Shown piece by piece: positions 22,016-35,800 of a stretch of 64,000 nt of DNA. Position 1 is the first letter of the stretch; every line of letters begins with the position of its first letter. The notes beneath the pieces are model-generated. The model made no database searches. It was given only the letters and a program-made list of their open reading frames with translations, and had not been told where the DNA came from. The stretch is from Paraspadella gotoi (Eukaryota; Animalia; Chaetognatha): positions 6,189,992 through 6,253,991 of the forward strand of contig CM119267.1 of the NCBI GenBank assembly GCA_051294375.1, written 5' to 3'. The position numbers were made by a program, and so were the translations under genes.

Positions 22016-23365
22016 GATTTCGCGCATTTCTACGTATTTTGGTTAGATTAATCGGGGAGGGGGGATATGTAGCTCGTTGTTAGTCGCAAGGGTTTTTATA
22101 AATTTATAAAATCTATCTCATTGAAAAGGATCTGTAGCGTATACATATTTGTTTTGTTTTTTCGCAGTGAAACTCGTTCAGACCATCTAACCTATGATAA
22201 AGGTTCTTAAATCTAAAAGAAAACAATTTAATTTAATGAAAATTGATTCAAAGAATGTATCATTTAAAAAAAAAGTATTCATTTTTACTTGATAGCCTGA
22301 AATGATGAAAATAAATGTGGCTGTGAACTTGAACACCACGAATTAAAACAAATTATTTGAAAATTTGATTTTCATAAGAAATTATTAATAAATTAAGTTT
22401 ATCATCAAGTTAATAAAAACTAAAAAGTTAATAAGAAGTTTGTAATTGTAACTTAAAATCAACCGTGGTTTAAAGCAAAAGAGGCTTTTTCTCATATTTA
22501 TGTACTCAAAAAAGAGATTTTAAATTAACGGTAGGACGGATACGTTCTGGATTCTTTGTAGGTCCTTCAGTAATGTACAGGCCCTTCGAATTTTCTGGTT
22601 TTAAAACGAATGCCCCATTTGTAGATAAAAAAAATTGTTCTATGATTTTTTTAAGAAGCAAATTCGTTTTACGTATTGATATATAAATGCGGGGGGTATC
22701 TATGTTTTTCTACGATAATAGCATACTAACACGACTGCCTTCCAGATTTTTATTCCATAATGATGTCTCATCTTTACCTTCTCAGGCTCTTCGTGTTTTC
22801 TGTTCGTTTTGAAATGCTTGTTAGTTTTTATTAAAACGTTTTTGTGTGGTTTTTTTTTTTAATAAATTTTGTTTCAATTAAAATTTTTTTTGTTCTTTTT
22901 CTACGTTTAATTTTATGTTGGCCTTGTCAACCATAGAAAATCACAAATTGTAAGTACTTTTTTCCCTACTTTTTCACTCAATTTTCGTCCCTGTGCCGAT
23001 CGGTTTTTCTCAATTGTTAGGCTATGAATTTTTGTGAAGATTGAAGAAAATTGTAGGGTCGTCTTGCAAAATAAACAAAATTATAACGATCGACTAAATA
23101 TAATGTCCATGTGACTTTTCTCGGTTGGCAATGTCCGGTAAATATATAAATGCTCATTAGAATGATGATCGGTCATTCTCCACCGATCCTTTTATTTATA
23201 ATAATGCATAATTTCCTTTTATTTTATCGACGAGTTACTTTCTTTATCACGCAACGCAATTTGTTTTTAAATAAATCATACGGTTTTATCTCGCGACTTT
23301 TAAGAAATAAAAACGTATCCCAATTTAGATGTGGCAATCTCCTTAAATGTCTCGTTGCGTTGGCC

Positions 23366-24628
23366 ATGAGCGCCGAGGACGCTTGGACGGAGGAAGTGAG
23401 AAAAAAACTTTTGTCGATCTTCGACGATGGATCGATGGAAGGAATTCGATCCGGCACCCTTCTCCTTCTCTCTCTCGACAAGGAAGCGAGAGGCGAGAAA
23501 AATCCCACTCCACATTGGCTCACCCTGAAGGCCTGTCTCGAGAACGATAGGGCCTTCGAGGCCTACGCTCGCCATCTGATGGAAGAGATGCAGCGCAACG
23601 GATCGGATAACGACGTTGGGCCGGGTTAGGACTGGGGGGGAGTGAATTGTTTAGTCGAAACTGCGTGCCACCGGGAGAATAGTGTGACGGATAAGACCGT
23701 TGAGCAAAGTCGAAGGAGTAATTTAATCTTGTCGACAAAGAGATATTCTTTGTCTAAATGATTGACTAATTTACAATTACCATAATTTACGAACAGCGAA
23801 CGCGAGTAATGAGGCCGATGACGACGACGTTGACGATTCCAACGCTTGCGGTGTGGGCGAAGACCTCGAGCCCCAGGATGTCGTCATTCTGACCTGCCCC
23901 AAAGTCTTGTCCGAAATTCGCCGGGGCTACATAATGGAATCGTTGAAAAAAGCGGGCATGATCGGGGTTACTCAGGTCAAGATCTTACTCTCCCCGTGCA
24001 CGGAATGCATTGTTAGTTAGCCTAAGTAAACAATAAATGATTATGGTAAAAACGATTAACCAAATATTGATTTGTAAATTTCCAAAAGCGAAAGAAAATG
24101 GAAGTTCAGGGAATTTCTCCTTTTTGTGGTAAAGGCTCTTGCGATGATGTCCTCGGACGAGAAGGCCTTTTTAACAGACATTCTGTCAGCCGCGCCGTTC
24201 GCGGCCGATTTTCTTCTTTTGCAAGTGAGTCGCCGTCAATGTCTATAATTGAAATTAAATTTAAAAAAAGAAAATGATCAAAAATGATCTTTTAGTACGC
24301 GGAAACGTTGTTGACCTCGATCGACGAGTCACGAGGAAAATCCATCGTGATTGGCCTGGCGCTGGTGAGTTTAGGCTGCTCCACATTCGGCACGATGAAG
24401 GAGCGAAGAGAGGGAAGAATCTCCAACAAAGTCTTTTTGTCTCAAGTGTTTGAAAACTTGTTTTCCGCGAGCGGTTCCGTCATTGGCGGGTTCGTCGGAG
24501 CATTCTTCGGGCGGAGGAGTGGTCCGCTGGCCACCGTCTTGGGCGGAGTAGTGGGCGCCACGGCCATGTGCGTCTTTGGCGGCGCTTCCACTCATCATTT
24601 AGGAAGATACCTTTTTCCAGGAGATTGA
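23366..24628 (+). CDS. Uncharacterised protein with C-terminal hydrophobic glycine-zipper; exons ~23366-23624, 23797-23975, 24135-24224, 24296-24628 (start uncertain)
   Basis: Four GC-rich blocks join in frame via GT-AG introns; C-terminus SASGSVIGGFVGAFFG...GPLATVLGGVVGATAMCVFGG. Confidence 0.65.
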
Positions 24629-24851
24629 AGGAAAAAAAAACATTGATCGGATTTTTTAATTGTTCCGTATGCGTATCGTATCATCGAGAGGTCTTAAAGT
24701 AAACTCGCCATAACCCTCCACCCATTTTAGTTTTTTTTTCACGCGTATCTCATTAAAAAAATACAAGTAGTCAATGGCATGGCATGGGCCATTGATGAAT
24801 AAGTCAAAAAGCTGTCACTTGACTAGATTTTCCGTTGATTGACGGCCTAAA

Positions 24852-25706
24852 ATGGCTCGTGTCTTCAGTAGCGTCTTCAGACGCGGACTCATGAAGGACA
24901 AAGTTGCCATCGTGACCGGAGGCGCAACCGGCATCGGGCGAGCCATCTCAGAGGAGATCCTCTACCTTGGCGGCTCCGTTCTCATCGGCTCCCGAAAGTC
25001 CGAACGACTGGAAGCTGCGGCGGCAGAAATGCGCGACCAACTCTCCGTCGGTGAGGATCGTCTCTCGCACGTTGCTTGCAACATTCGCAAGGAAGAAGAC
25101 GTCGCCAACATGGCGAAGTTCTGCGTCGAAAAATTCGGAAAAATCGACTACCTAGTGAACAACGGCGGAGGTCAGTTCATAGCCTTGGTCGAGAATGTTA
25201 ATCTGAAAGGTTGGAACGCCGTGGTGGAGACCAACCTTACGGGAACGTTCTTGGCGACCAAAGCCGTGTTCGAGGCTTCCATGAAAGACCGCGGCGGCGC
25301 CATCGTTAATATCCTCGTCTGTAACAAAAAGGGCTTCCCCATAATGGCGCACTCGGGCGCCGCTAGGGCCGGCGTGGAGAATCTGAGCAAAAGTCTGGCG
25401 ATGGAGTGGGCTAATTACGGCGTCCGAATCAACAACGTCTCGCCCGGGACGGTGTATTCTCCGACGGCGGCGGCCAATTACGACCTCACCGATTTCGATG
25501 TGCACAAACCATTCATTCCTTTCAAAAGGCTGGGGTCGTTGGCCGAAATTTCCGCCGCCGTCGTTTATCTCCTTTCGCCCGCGGCGAATTTCGTCACCGG
25601 CGTGACGCTCGACGTGGACGGCGGTCAAAATCTGGGACCGCCGATGTTTGTCGTCCCCGAGCACGAGAAAAGCGTCGCCTATACCTGGGAAACTGATGTT
25701 TCTTGA
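24852..25706 (+). CDS. PECR: Peroxisomal trans-2-enoyl-CoA reductase (SDR family), intronless
   Basis: SVFRRGL...KVAIVTGGATGIG, CNIRKEE, LVNNGGGQF, KGWNAVVETNLTGTF, GFPIMAHSGAARAGVENL. Confidence 0.93.
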   Translation: MARVFSSVFRRGLMKDKVAIVTGGATGIGRAISEEILYLGGSVLIGSRKSERLEAAAAEMRDQLSVGEDRLSHVACNIRKEEDVANMAKFCVEKFGKIDYLVNNGGGQFIALVENVNLKGWNAVVETNLTGTFLATKAVFEASMKDRGGAIVNILVCNKKGFPIMAHSGAARAGVENLSKSLAMEWANYGVRINNVSPGTVYSPTAAANYDLTDFDVHKPFIPFKRLGSLAEISAAVVYLLSPAANFVTGVTLDVDGGQNLGPPMFVVPEHEKSVAYTWETDVS

Positions 25707-25913
25707 TATTACCTTTTGTTACGTGTTGAATTTGGAAATTTATTAGTTTTTTAAATTAAATCATACGTTATAATTATTCTGATCACTGAATCATTTGATT
25801 GATATTAATGTATTTAGTTTTTTACTTTTTTGTATTTGTATATTTTTTCGAGATTGTATTAGGAGCCCGTGACATATACATTAACTCGCACTCTTTATTC
25901 CTCCAAGCGAAAA

Positions 25914-26534
25914 ATGGCCGGTGAAGTCACGGTTGACGCTCTTCCTTACGTCGATACGGGTTATGACGAACAGGGCGTTCGCGAGGCGGCTTTGGCACTC
26001 GTGGAAGAAGAGACCCGTCGTTACCGCCCGACCAAGAACTACCTTGAACATCTGCCCGTCGCCGACCTGACCGCTTTTGAGACGGACGTGATGAAGGCAG
26101 AGTTCGAACGACTCGCTCATCGCCAACCTATGGAGATGCTCTCCATGAAGCGGTACGAACTTCCCCAGCCTCCTTCCGGCAAGCTCAACGATTTAACAGC
26201 TTGGAAGGATTGTGTCGAGAACTCCATCGCTCAGCTAGAGCACCAAGCCTTGCGCATTTCCAACCTGGAGCTTCTATCCGAATTTGGAGCCGCCTCGTGG
26301 AAGACGCACAATGAGACACTGGCGCACATGATCGAGCTGCAGCAGAAGCAGCTGGCCGAGACCCGGCGCAAGATCCAAGAGATTAACTGGCAGCGAAAAC
26401 GCGACCAGACGGCCGCCGGTGAAAAGCTTAAGGCCCTCGAGGACAATTGGGTCGGCCTTGTCTCGAAAAACTACGAGATTGAAATTGCCTGTGCAGAGAT
26501 GGAAAAACTCCTGCCTCCCAATCTAAAGGAATGA
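25914..26534 (+). CDS. BCAS2: Pre-mRNA splicing factor SPF27, intronless
   Basis: [63 protein letters not shown]. Confidence 0.97.
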   Translation: MAGEVTVDALPYVDTGYDEQGVREAALALVEEETRRYRPTKNYLEHLPVADLTAFETDVMKAEFERLAHRQPMEMLSMKRYELPQPPSGKLNDLTAWKDCVENSIAQLEHQALRISNLELLSEFGAASWKTHNETLAHMIELQQKQLAETRRKIQEINWQRKRDQTAAGEKLKALEDNWVGLVSKNYEIEIACAEMEKLLPPNLKE

Positions 26535-26840
26535 ATATATTTTGCGTTTCTGTTCGTTTTCATTTCATGTTTTTTATTTTTCTTCATTTAATTTCTTTAT
26601 CCGAAAATTTTGTTTCGTAGGTTGACCATTTAAAAAAAAAACAATTTTCTTTTCTTGCATTATCGTTTTCAAACTACGGTGATGTGATCATTATCGTTAA
26701 CGTGCTCACGTATTTGATGGTGAAAATCTACCGGGGTGAAACGAATGACTAGAAATTCACCCTTACTTGTTTCTGGTCTTCTTCTTTCGTACTTTTATCG
26801 ACATGCAATGAATAATTAAAGAGAAGTTTTTTTTTTAAAA

Positions 26841-29800
26841 ATGAGCGCTCCTTCGTTGGAAGTGCCTCATCCCGGAGTAGGCCGGAATTCTCCCGCTAGA
26901 GGAGGATCCACGCCGTCTCCCCAACACCCCGGCGGTGGTGCCGTGCCGTCGACCCATCACCCTGTTGTTATTGCTCCGTCGCCTCAACAATCTCACGTTA
27001 ACAACGCCGGCGGCAGTACTCCCTCGCGCTCCTCGACCTACTCCGCCTCGGGTCACGGAAATTCTCCTGCGCACGCGACATACCAGGGTCACTCGGCAGT
27101 GTCGCAAGGGCTGGCAGACCCGTCAAAAACCCATTATGGTGAGCGAAATTTAAAAAAATTATTATTATTACTACTACACTTTTTTTTCGCGGGTATAAAA
27201 TAAAAAATATCAAAATCACTATTAGGAAATGATCTCCCTGTTTTTCTGACCAAATCACTGAACCAAATTCTATATGATTTTGCATACAGTATCCCTATGG
27301 CCAGACTAATGGGACTATCGAGGCGATTTTCAATATTTTACCCCTGAGCTAAGATGCAGGGCCCTTGGCGGTCACACCATGGGGGGGAAAAATGACCAAA
27401 AAAAAATAATTATTTTCTATATAATTCAAGATAATCTTTTTCTTCTAATGCATTTCGAAAATACGTATATACATGTGTTATTGGAAACCAAATGATTTTA
27501 AATAATTTTAAGATCCTGAGATCGAAGAGTTTTATCGGTGGAGTTCCCCGCGACCTTCGGAAGCAACCAGAGCAGCCGACATCGAGTATCTTCTGCGCCT
27601 CAACACAGTCTCGCTACCGGGTGGCAGGTTCGAACTTTTCCAATCTTATATAAAGCCAATATAAAAATGATCCAAGTATTTAATAAACTAATATACTACA
27701 CTTTTTAATTACTTCATTTTAAGTTATATGTAATTAAATTTTTTTTTTATTTCAATTTTTTTTATCGGATTCTGATAGAGGGCAAAAAGTTGAATAAAAA
27801 ATTATTATTTGATTATTGATCCTAAAAATTTTATGAAGTTATAATAGTAAACTTTTTGTGGCATTTTTATATCTCAGTATCAGAATCCTTTCTTATTTCT
27901 TATACATTAAAATGCTCCAGTGTGTTGAATTAATCAAAAAAAAGTAATAGGATGTATTTATGTGTAGTAGGACAAAATGATAAATTTTAAAAATTGTTAA
28001 ATTTTGGCCCGCATTACTATTTAGGGATCGGCGTGGTGGTCCCCTTCTGGTCTTTTCTGCTAAGTCAGAATTCGAGTGTCTCAAAACCGAGGAAGCCGGG
28101 CGAATTCTCTCCTACCTGGCGGGCATTCCGACGGAGGCCTCCCGGCAGCTCGGTTTCACCGTCGTCATTGACATGCGAGGATCCACTTGGGGGAGCATCA
28201 AGCCAATTCTCAAATCGCTGCAGGTGCAATATATTTTGAAATATCCTTGAAGCAACTAGATTTAAACGCATACGGTATTCGATGATTTTTTTATTTCGAC
28301 TATGATCGTAGGACTTGTTCCCGGCTCCCATTCACAACGTTTACATCATCAACCCGGGAAACTTTTGGCAGAAACAAAAGACTTCCCTGGGTTCTCACAA
28401 GTACAAATTCGAAACGTCCCTCATTGGCCTCGAGGAATTGATGAAAAAAGTCGATGCCGTCCAGCTGACGGCGGATTTGGATGGCCTGCTCTTCTACAAT
28501 CATGAGAGGTGGATCCAGTTTCGCCTTCTCTACGAGGACTTCATCGCGAAATCCATCGACCTTCTCACTAAAATTGGCATTCTCAAAGAAGAACTCACCA
28601 ATAATGACTTTCCCGACGATCTCGAGGGTGCCCAAAGAATGATCGACGCCCACACGCGACTCCGGGTCAAAGTGGCGAGGGCACCGCTCGGAACCGTTGA
28701 TACGCAGGGTCGCGAACTGCTGAGAGTTTTACAGCCTCACGAAGTGGAGGAAGCGGCGGTTTCTCTGCCACCTCCGCCACTCGGCGGCGCCGATCTGCTA
28801 ACATCCGTCGCGCAAGTCAAGTCCTTTTTAGAGCAAATTCATTCGAGTCATGAGCATCTGCAGCACCTTTGGCATTTAAAAAAGTTGCGGCTTGATCAGT
28901 GCTTTCAATTGCGTTCATTTGAAGCAGAAACCAACAATATGTTTGAATGGATAGGTCGTAACAAGGAGGCCTTTCTCGTCAATTACACTGAAATCGGAGA
29001 TTCTTTCTTATCTGTTTCGAACCTTCAAGGTGAGCATTCAAGGTTCGCTATGAATGCAATGAACGTTTATGTAACTGTATCTCGCCTCGTACAACTCACC
29101 GATAAGCTGGTCGAAAATGGTCACTATGCTTCACAGCAAATTCGTCAGATTGGAAACCAGTTGGAGCACGAATGGCGCACCTTTGCCACAGCCCTTGATG
29201 ACCGTTCTACTGTGCTAACTCTAAGTGTAATGTTTCATCAAAAGGCGGAGCATTACTTGGAACAAGTTCCAGAGTGGCAGGTAGCTTGTATGGACAGCTC
29301 TGTTCCTGATGGTGTCACCCAGTTGGAGGAAGCCATTCATCAACATCAGACGCTGTACGACGCATGTGCCCAAACCTACAACAGCGTCTGTGTCGACGGA
29401 AAGACGCTTCTTGACACTCTTCAGCAGCCAGTGGCTCCAAATCAGAACAATATGCTCACAGCTAATGCGGATTATACAGCGGGAGCCACCCATATTCTTG
29501 ACGTCATCCACGAGATTCTTACCTCACACCGGCATATTGATCAACTTTGGCACAACAAAAAAGTACGTTTGCATCAAAGGCTTGGACTTAGGTTGTTTCA
29601 GCAGGACGTCAAACAGGTGTTAGACTGGTTGGACAACCATGGAGAAATGTTTCTACGAAAAAATACTAGTATTGGTAGAACTCTTGCAAAAGCTAGACTC
29701 CTGAGAAAGTCTCATCAGCACTTTGAAGCAGTACTACAAAATACCGTGACCAATGCCGATAAACTTCTTGCGGCCTCTGAGGAGCTGAGCCATACTGGTG

Positions 29801-32800
29801 AATGTAATCCAGAAGAGATATATCAAGTCGCTCATGAACTGGAAGATCGGATGCAAAAATTTCTTGCCAGAGTTGAAAAGCGCCAGCAATTGCTCGACCT
29901 TTCTGTCTCTTTCCACACCCACACGCAGGAAATTCTAGCTTGGTATGAAGAGTTAAAATCTGAACTTACTTCTTCGGAATTGGCGGACACTGTAGAAGGC
30001 GCTGAGGATATGCTTATTCACTTTGAACAGCAAAAAGAATCTACACTTGATGCTTCTGCTAATACCATTCAAGAAGGAGATTCCCTCCTAAAACAATTGC
30101 GGGAGTATGGAGATGTTAATCTGTCCAATGTTTCATCTGGTGATGGAGAAGAAGATTCGGGGGGCTCAAAAGCCGTTGGCAATTCGATTAACTGCATTGA
30201 AGGGATGTTACAGCAGTTGCACAATCAGGTTTCCCATTTGGAGGAGCTTTGGAATGAGCGACGACTCAAACTGGACCTGACGCTGCAGCTGCGTCTTTTC
30301 GAGCGTGATGCTATGGAAGTTTCAAATCAGTTGGAGATTTGGGCAGAAGAATTGAATCATGTTGACTTAAATAGTGACGCGTCAGCATGTGAACAAGCTT
30401 TGCAAATTCACAATGATTCGGTGGCACATCTTCAATCTATCACTTTTGATGTCCTACAGAAAGGTCAAGATCTTTGCCAAATTTTAGAATCCTCTAATGT
30501 TAACATAATGGCTGATGATCAGTTTGATGCACCAAACAAGGTTCAAGTTTTGTTGGAATATCTCCATGAACGAGAATTAGATTTAGAAGAAATGGCCGAG
30601 TCAAAAAGACTCAAGCTTGAACAATGTTTTCAGCTAACAGTTTTAATTTCCGACGCAGATCAAGTCATAGGTTGGATTCGAAATGGAGAAGCAATGCTGT
30701 CTGCCTCTCTTATTTCAGTTAATTCATTGCAGGAGGCCGAATCTTTGCAAAAAGAACATGAGCAATTTCAAGTGGCTATTGAGAAAACGCATATTTCTGC
30801 CATACAAATACAGCAGCGCGCCGAAAACCTTACCACTGGTGGTCACTATGATCCTGATAGTGTTTCCGGCGTTGCTGAGGGTGTGACCATTCGATGGAAA
30901 ACATTAATGATGAGGGCAGAAGAAAAGCATAAACTCGTCATGGCTTCCATGAATTTTTATAAAACTGCTGAGCAAGTTTGTTCTGTTCTAGAAAGCCTCG
31001 AACGTGAGTACAAAAGAGATGAAGATTGGTGTAATTCAGACAAGAATGCCTCAAATAATTTGGAAAAATTAAATGTCATCGTATCATTAGTTAACAAGCA
31101 TTTGGAGCAGAAGGAAGCTTTTTTGAAGGCTTGCACCTTAGCGCGTCGCACGGCGGAAACTTTTCTGAAATATGTGAACAGGAACTTGTACAACCAAGCA
31201 GGTCTTCCACTGAAAGGCCGTCCTCCAGATAGTCGCGTAAAAAATATTTTAGAACAACTTATGCGGCAAGAGTCAACTGTGCTAGAGTATTGGACTATGA
31301 AAAAGAAAAAGCTAGATCATTGCCACCAGTATGTCTTGTTTGAAAAAAGTGCGAAGCAAGCTTTAGAATGGATCCATGACACTGGGGAACTGTATCTTAG
31401 CACCCACACTAATGTCGGCTCCAACCCTCAAGAAACCGAGCAACTTCTTTGTGAGCACAATGAATTTAAACAAAAGGCCAAAGAAACAAGGGAAAAAGTG
31501 AAGATGCTCATGCAGCTTGCTGACAGCCTTACTGACAAGGGGCATGCCCATGCAGTTTCTATAAAATCTTGGGTAGCCGCTGTAGATAAGCGCTACAAAG
31601 ACTTTTCATCAAGGATGGAAAAATATCGGGTCAAGTTAGAATCGACTTTGGGTATTGCAGAAACATCGGGATTCGTTGCCACGGGGGAAAAAGATTTGAG
31701 TCTGGATCACCAACATGCCGGTAGTGACTCAAGTTTAGAAACTGCGCTTGGAGAAGTAGGTTCTGTTTCATCATTAGGTGTGGCTGCTGGCGGCAAGAAA
31801 GAATTAAATGAAGAAAAGAGGAAGTCGGCGAGGCGTAAGGAGTTTATCATGGCAGAGCTGTTAGCGACTGAAAGAACATATGTTAAGGATCTGGAAGCAT
31901 GCATTAGATATTATCAAGAGCCTATTGAAAAAAGTGAGAACATTCCCCAACATTTGAAAGGCAAGCTGCCCATTCTTTTTGGAAATTTGCGCGAGATTTA
32001 TAATTTTCATAACGAAACATTCTTAAAAGAACTTGAAAAGTATGAAATGCTTCCAGAGGATGTCGGCCATTGTTTCGTAACGTGGGCTGAAAGTTTTAAT
32101 GTTTATGTAACGTATTGTAAGAATAAGCCTGATTCCAATCAGGTTCTTATTGATTGTGCCGGTAATTTTTTCGACGAGTTACAAGCTTCGAATAACCTTG
32201 CTTTGTCAATTGCATCTTATTTGATTAAACCCGTTCAACGCATTACTAAGTATCAACTGCTTTTAAAAGATCTTTTATCTTGCCAAAGTGAAGAAGGAAA
32301 GGGAGAAATCAAAGACGGTTTAGAAGTTATGTTAAATGTCCCTAAAAAAGCTAACGATGCTATGCATCTCTCAATGTTGGAAGGAATGGATGAAAGCTTT
32401 GAGGCCCTGGGAGAAGTTTTACTTCAGGAAAAATTTTCCGTTTGGGATCCAAAGCAAATTATTCGCAAAGGTCGGGAGCGACACTTGTTTCTGTTTGAGC
32501 TGTGCCTTGTTTTCTCTAAAGAAGTTAAGGATTCTAACGGTAAAACCAAGTATGCATACAAGAGCAAATTGATGACTTCTGAAATCGGTATAACTGAGCA
32601 CATTGAAGGTGATGAATGCAAATTTGCCATTTGGACCGGACGAGCACCTATTTCAGATTACCGTATCGTCTTAAAAGCTGCCTCCCTTGAGTGTAAACAA
32701 ATTTGGGTAAAAAAGTTACGGGAATTAATGCAGGAACATATGGTTTTCATCAAAACGGCCCTAAACGAACCATTAGCGTCCAAGCAACCTTCTCTCATGA

Positions 32801-35800
32801 AAACAGCGACGAATATGTACACTGCACCCTCCAATGCCACTCGCGCTCTCAAGCATGATGCTGCAGCAGCTGGCGATGATGACAGTCTTGGAGATCGGGG
32901 TTCCCTCGCTTCGGCCGAGGGTCCAGAATCTTCAATCACTTCACGTTCGTCCAATCCTGATTCTATTACTGGCCGGGCAGAAAGGGGGTCTGTAAGCTCA
33001 CTTGCCTCCAATTTGACTGTGACCTCTGTTACCTCTAATACCGATTCCTTCAAACCACGTGATCATGCCTTGGTAATTGAAGATTTTGCCCCTCACGCTT
33101 TGCCAGGGGTTGGCCTCTCAGAGGTTGGTGTTCGAAAGGGATGGACCGTGGAAATTCTCGAGGGCGTTCAGTCAACATCAGTTAAAGATAGCCCCTCTCC
33201 TTGGTGTCACGTGCGCGTTTTAACAACTTCTGCTGGTGATGTTGAGGGACTTGTACCTGCGCATGTTCTTAGACCAAAAGTTATGCACAAAGGCTCGTCA
33301 CTTGGCCAGAAGGGTGTAGGATCTTTGCGTTCTGATGATGAGCCAGAAATATTTGAGTCGACGGACACATTAGTTGGAACTGGTGTCGCAAATTCGCCAA
33401 AGACGCGTAAGTCTAGTTTTCGTAAGTGGCTGACAAACCCCGTCCGTAGCCTCAGCGGTGGAAAAGAGTCTTCATCCACTTCACAAATTCGTCAAAGAAG
33501 AAACTCGAAGGATTACGTTCGTCAATTAAGCAATAATCGCAGTAGCGCCAACTCTGATCGCGCTTCCAACGATGGTGCCACATCAGACTCAGAGTTCCTC
33601 GAAAACGAGGAGCTCGAACTACCTCCTCCAATGGAAATTCAGCAGACCAGTTTCGTTCCTCCTCCTGCCGTTTCCCCCGGGGCTACTGAAAATAACCAGG
33701 GTGATGTGAATACTGCGCTTTTGGCGGAGGCGGCGTTAAATTCACCAAAATTAGTTAGAACCGAAAGTCAAAAGAATGAATCTTTATCACCAATCTCAGG
33801 TGATGATGGACTTACTGATATGCAAGCGACGCTGAAGAAGCGATCCTTTGTCCTGCAGGAATTGGTTGAAACTGAGCGTGACTATGTCAATGATTTAAAG
33901 ATAATTTGTAACGAATACATCCCCGAAATGAAGGAAGATTCATTGCCCGAGGGCCTGCAGGGTAAAAAGGATTTAGTTGTCTTTGGCAACGTTCAGAGAA
34001 TATATGAATTTCACCGTGATATTCTCTTACCAGATTTGGAGAAGTATTCAGTTGAAGAACCTCTAAATTTGCATATAGTGTTTTGTGGCCCTCGGGGCGA
34101 AAGGCAGCGAAGGTTGGAACACATTTACAATGTTTATTGTGAAAACAAACCTAAATCAGAAGCAATTGTTGGAGAATTTGATAGTTATTTTGAATCTTTG
34201 AGAAAACGATTTAATCATCGATTACAGCTTTCGGATTACCTGATAAAACCTGTGCAACGGATTATGAAGTATCAACTGTTGCTAAAAGATATTTTAAAGT
34301 TCACTGAAAAGGCTGGGCAAGACACTACCTCAATGAAGGCTGTAATGGAGGTGATGCAAAAGGTACCTAAATCCGCTAATGAAATGATGATGGTGGGAAG
34401 GTTACAGGGGTTTGACAACACCCATGGAAAGATCACTTCTCAGGGGAAGTTGTTGATAATTGATTCATTGCAAGTTGCTGAAGTTACAACCTCTCAATTC
34501 AAGGATTATAAAGAGTCCGTTGATTTTGCGGAGAGACAGGTCTTTCTCTTTGAGCAGCTCATAGTCATGACAGAAAAGCTTGAGATTAAAAAGGGTATGA
34601 ATCAACCATTTTTCCTTTACAAAGATCAAGTCAAGGTAAACAAGATGCAGTTTTTGGAGTCACCGCCTGCGGGAATACCTGTTACAAATAAGGGTGGGGA
34701 AATCCCCGCTTCTGTAAACGATGTCGCTTTCGTGGTTCACGACAAACAGCCTGGGGCCGACAAATCGTTAATTTTTACTGCCGCTAATCGTGAGAGCAAA
34801 GAACGCTGGGTTCAAACAATCAAGGCCATTCTTGACGTGCAAAACGACTTTTTACTCGCTATTCAAAATCCCATCGGAATCCAAAAGTCCAGAGAATCCA
34901 TCACTTCTTTTGGCAGCGGTCTCCCTTCGCCTCTTCCTCCTTCGGACGAACTCACGCGCAGTCACTCCTGCAAAGGCTCCCCGCAGAGCAAATCGTCCGA
35001 GCACTGCAACACTCTCCCACCTCTAGCTCCCAAAGGCCCTCTGGCGTCGGCCTCGCCCGCCAACCTAAATCACTCTCACTCACATCAGTATCTTACTTCT
35101 TCGCCACCCGACACCGTTAAAGGGCGCCCTGTTTCCGGTCCGGAAAACTTTACTGCCGACGAGGAACGCCTTTTTGCCCAACGTTGCGCCTCGGTGCCCT
35201 CCACTCTTTCGCCGCTGTCGCAGAAGAAACCAGCGTCGAAAGTCAATGGCGTGGATGACGTGTGGCAGCAGCAGCAGCGCCAGCAAGGCGGTCGTCCGTT
35301 TCCCCGCACCACAGAGTCTGCAGTCGGCGGCAAAGACAAGGAACGCTCTTCTTCCACGTCAAAACTTCCCTCTCCCTCGAGATCGAACGGTACGGCTGAG
35401 ATTGGATCGAAGGGTCGTTGCGGGGGTGGTGTTTCAAAGTCGCAGCAGCAACAGGATCCTTCGGGGCGAAACTTGAAGCAGCCGGGCGGCATTTTCGAGG
35501 GGATCTACAACTCGCTACGGCCGCAACGATCGTCTTTTGGCCGAAGCGGCGACTCCTCCGACACTGCCGTTATTCCTATGGCCGCGACGGAAGTAATCGA
35601 CCCGTCGGAAGTGATGGACAGACTCTCGCTCTCATCGTCCAACCACTCCATGCCAGATATTCTCCGCGAAGCTCCGCTCACTCAGTCGTCGGCTTCGTTG
35701 GCGAGTCTTCCCACGATCCGAACCACCTCTCCTCAAGCATCGTCTTCTGGCCTTGCCAGGAAAGGGAAACCTTCTCCTCTGCAGCTCGATCCTGTCGTAC

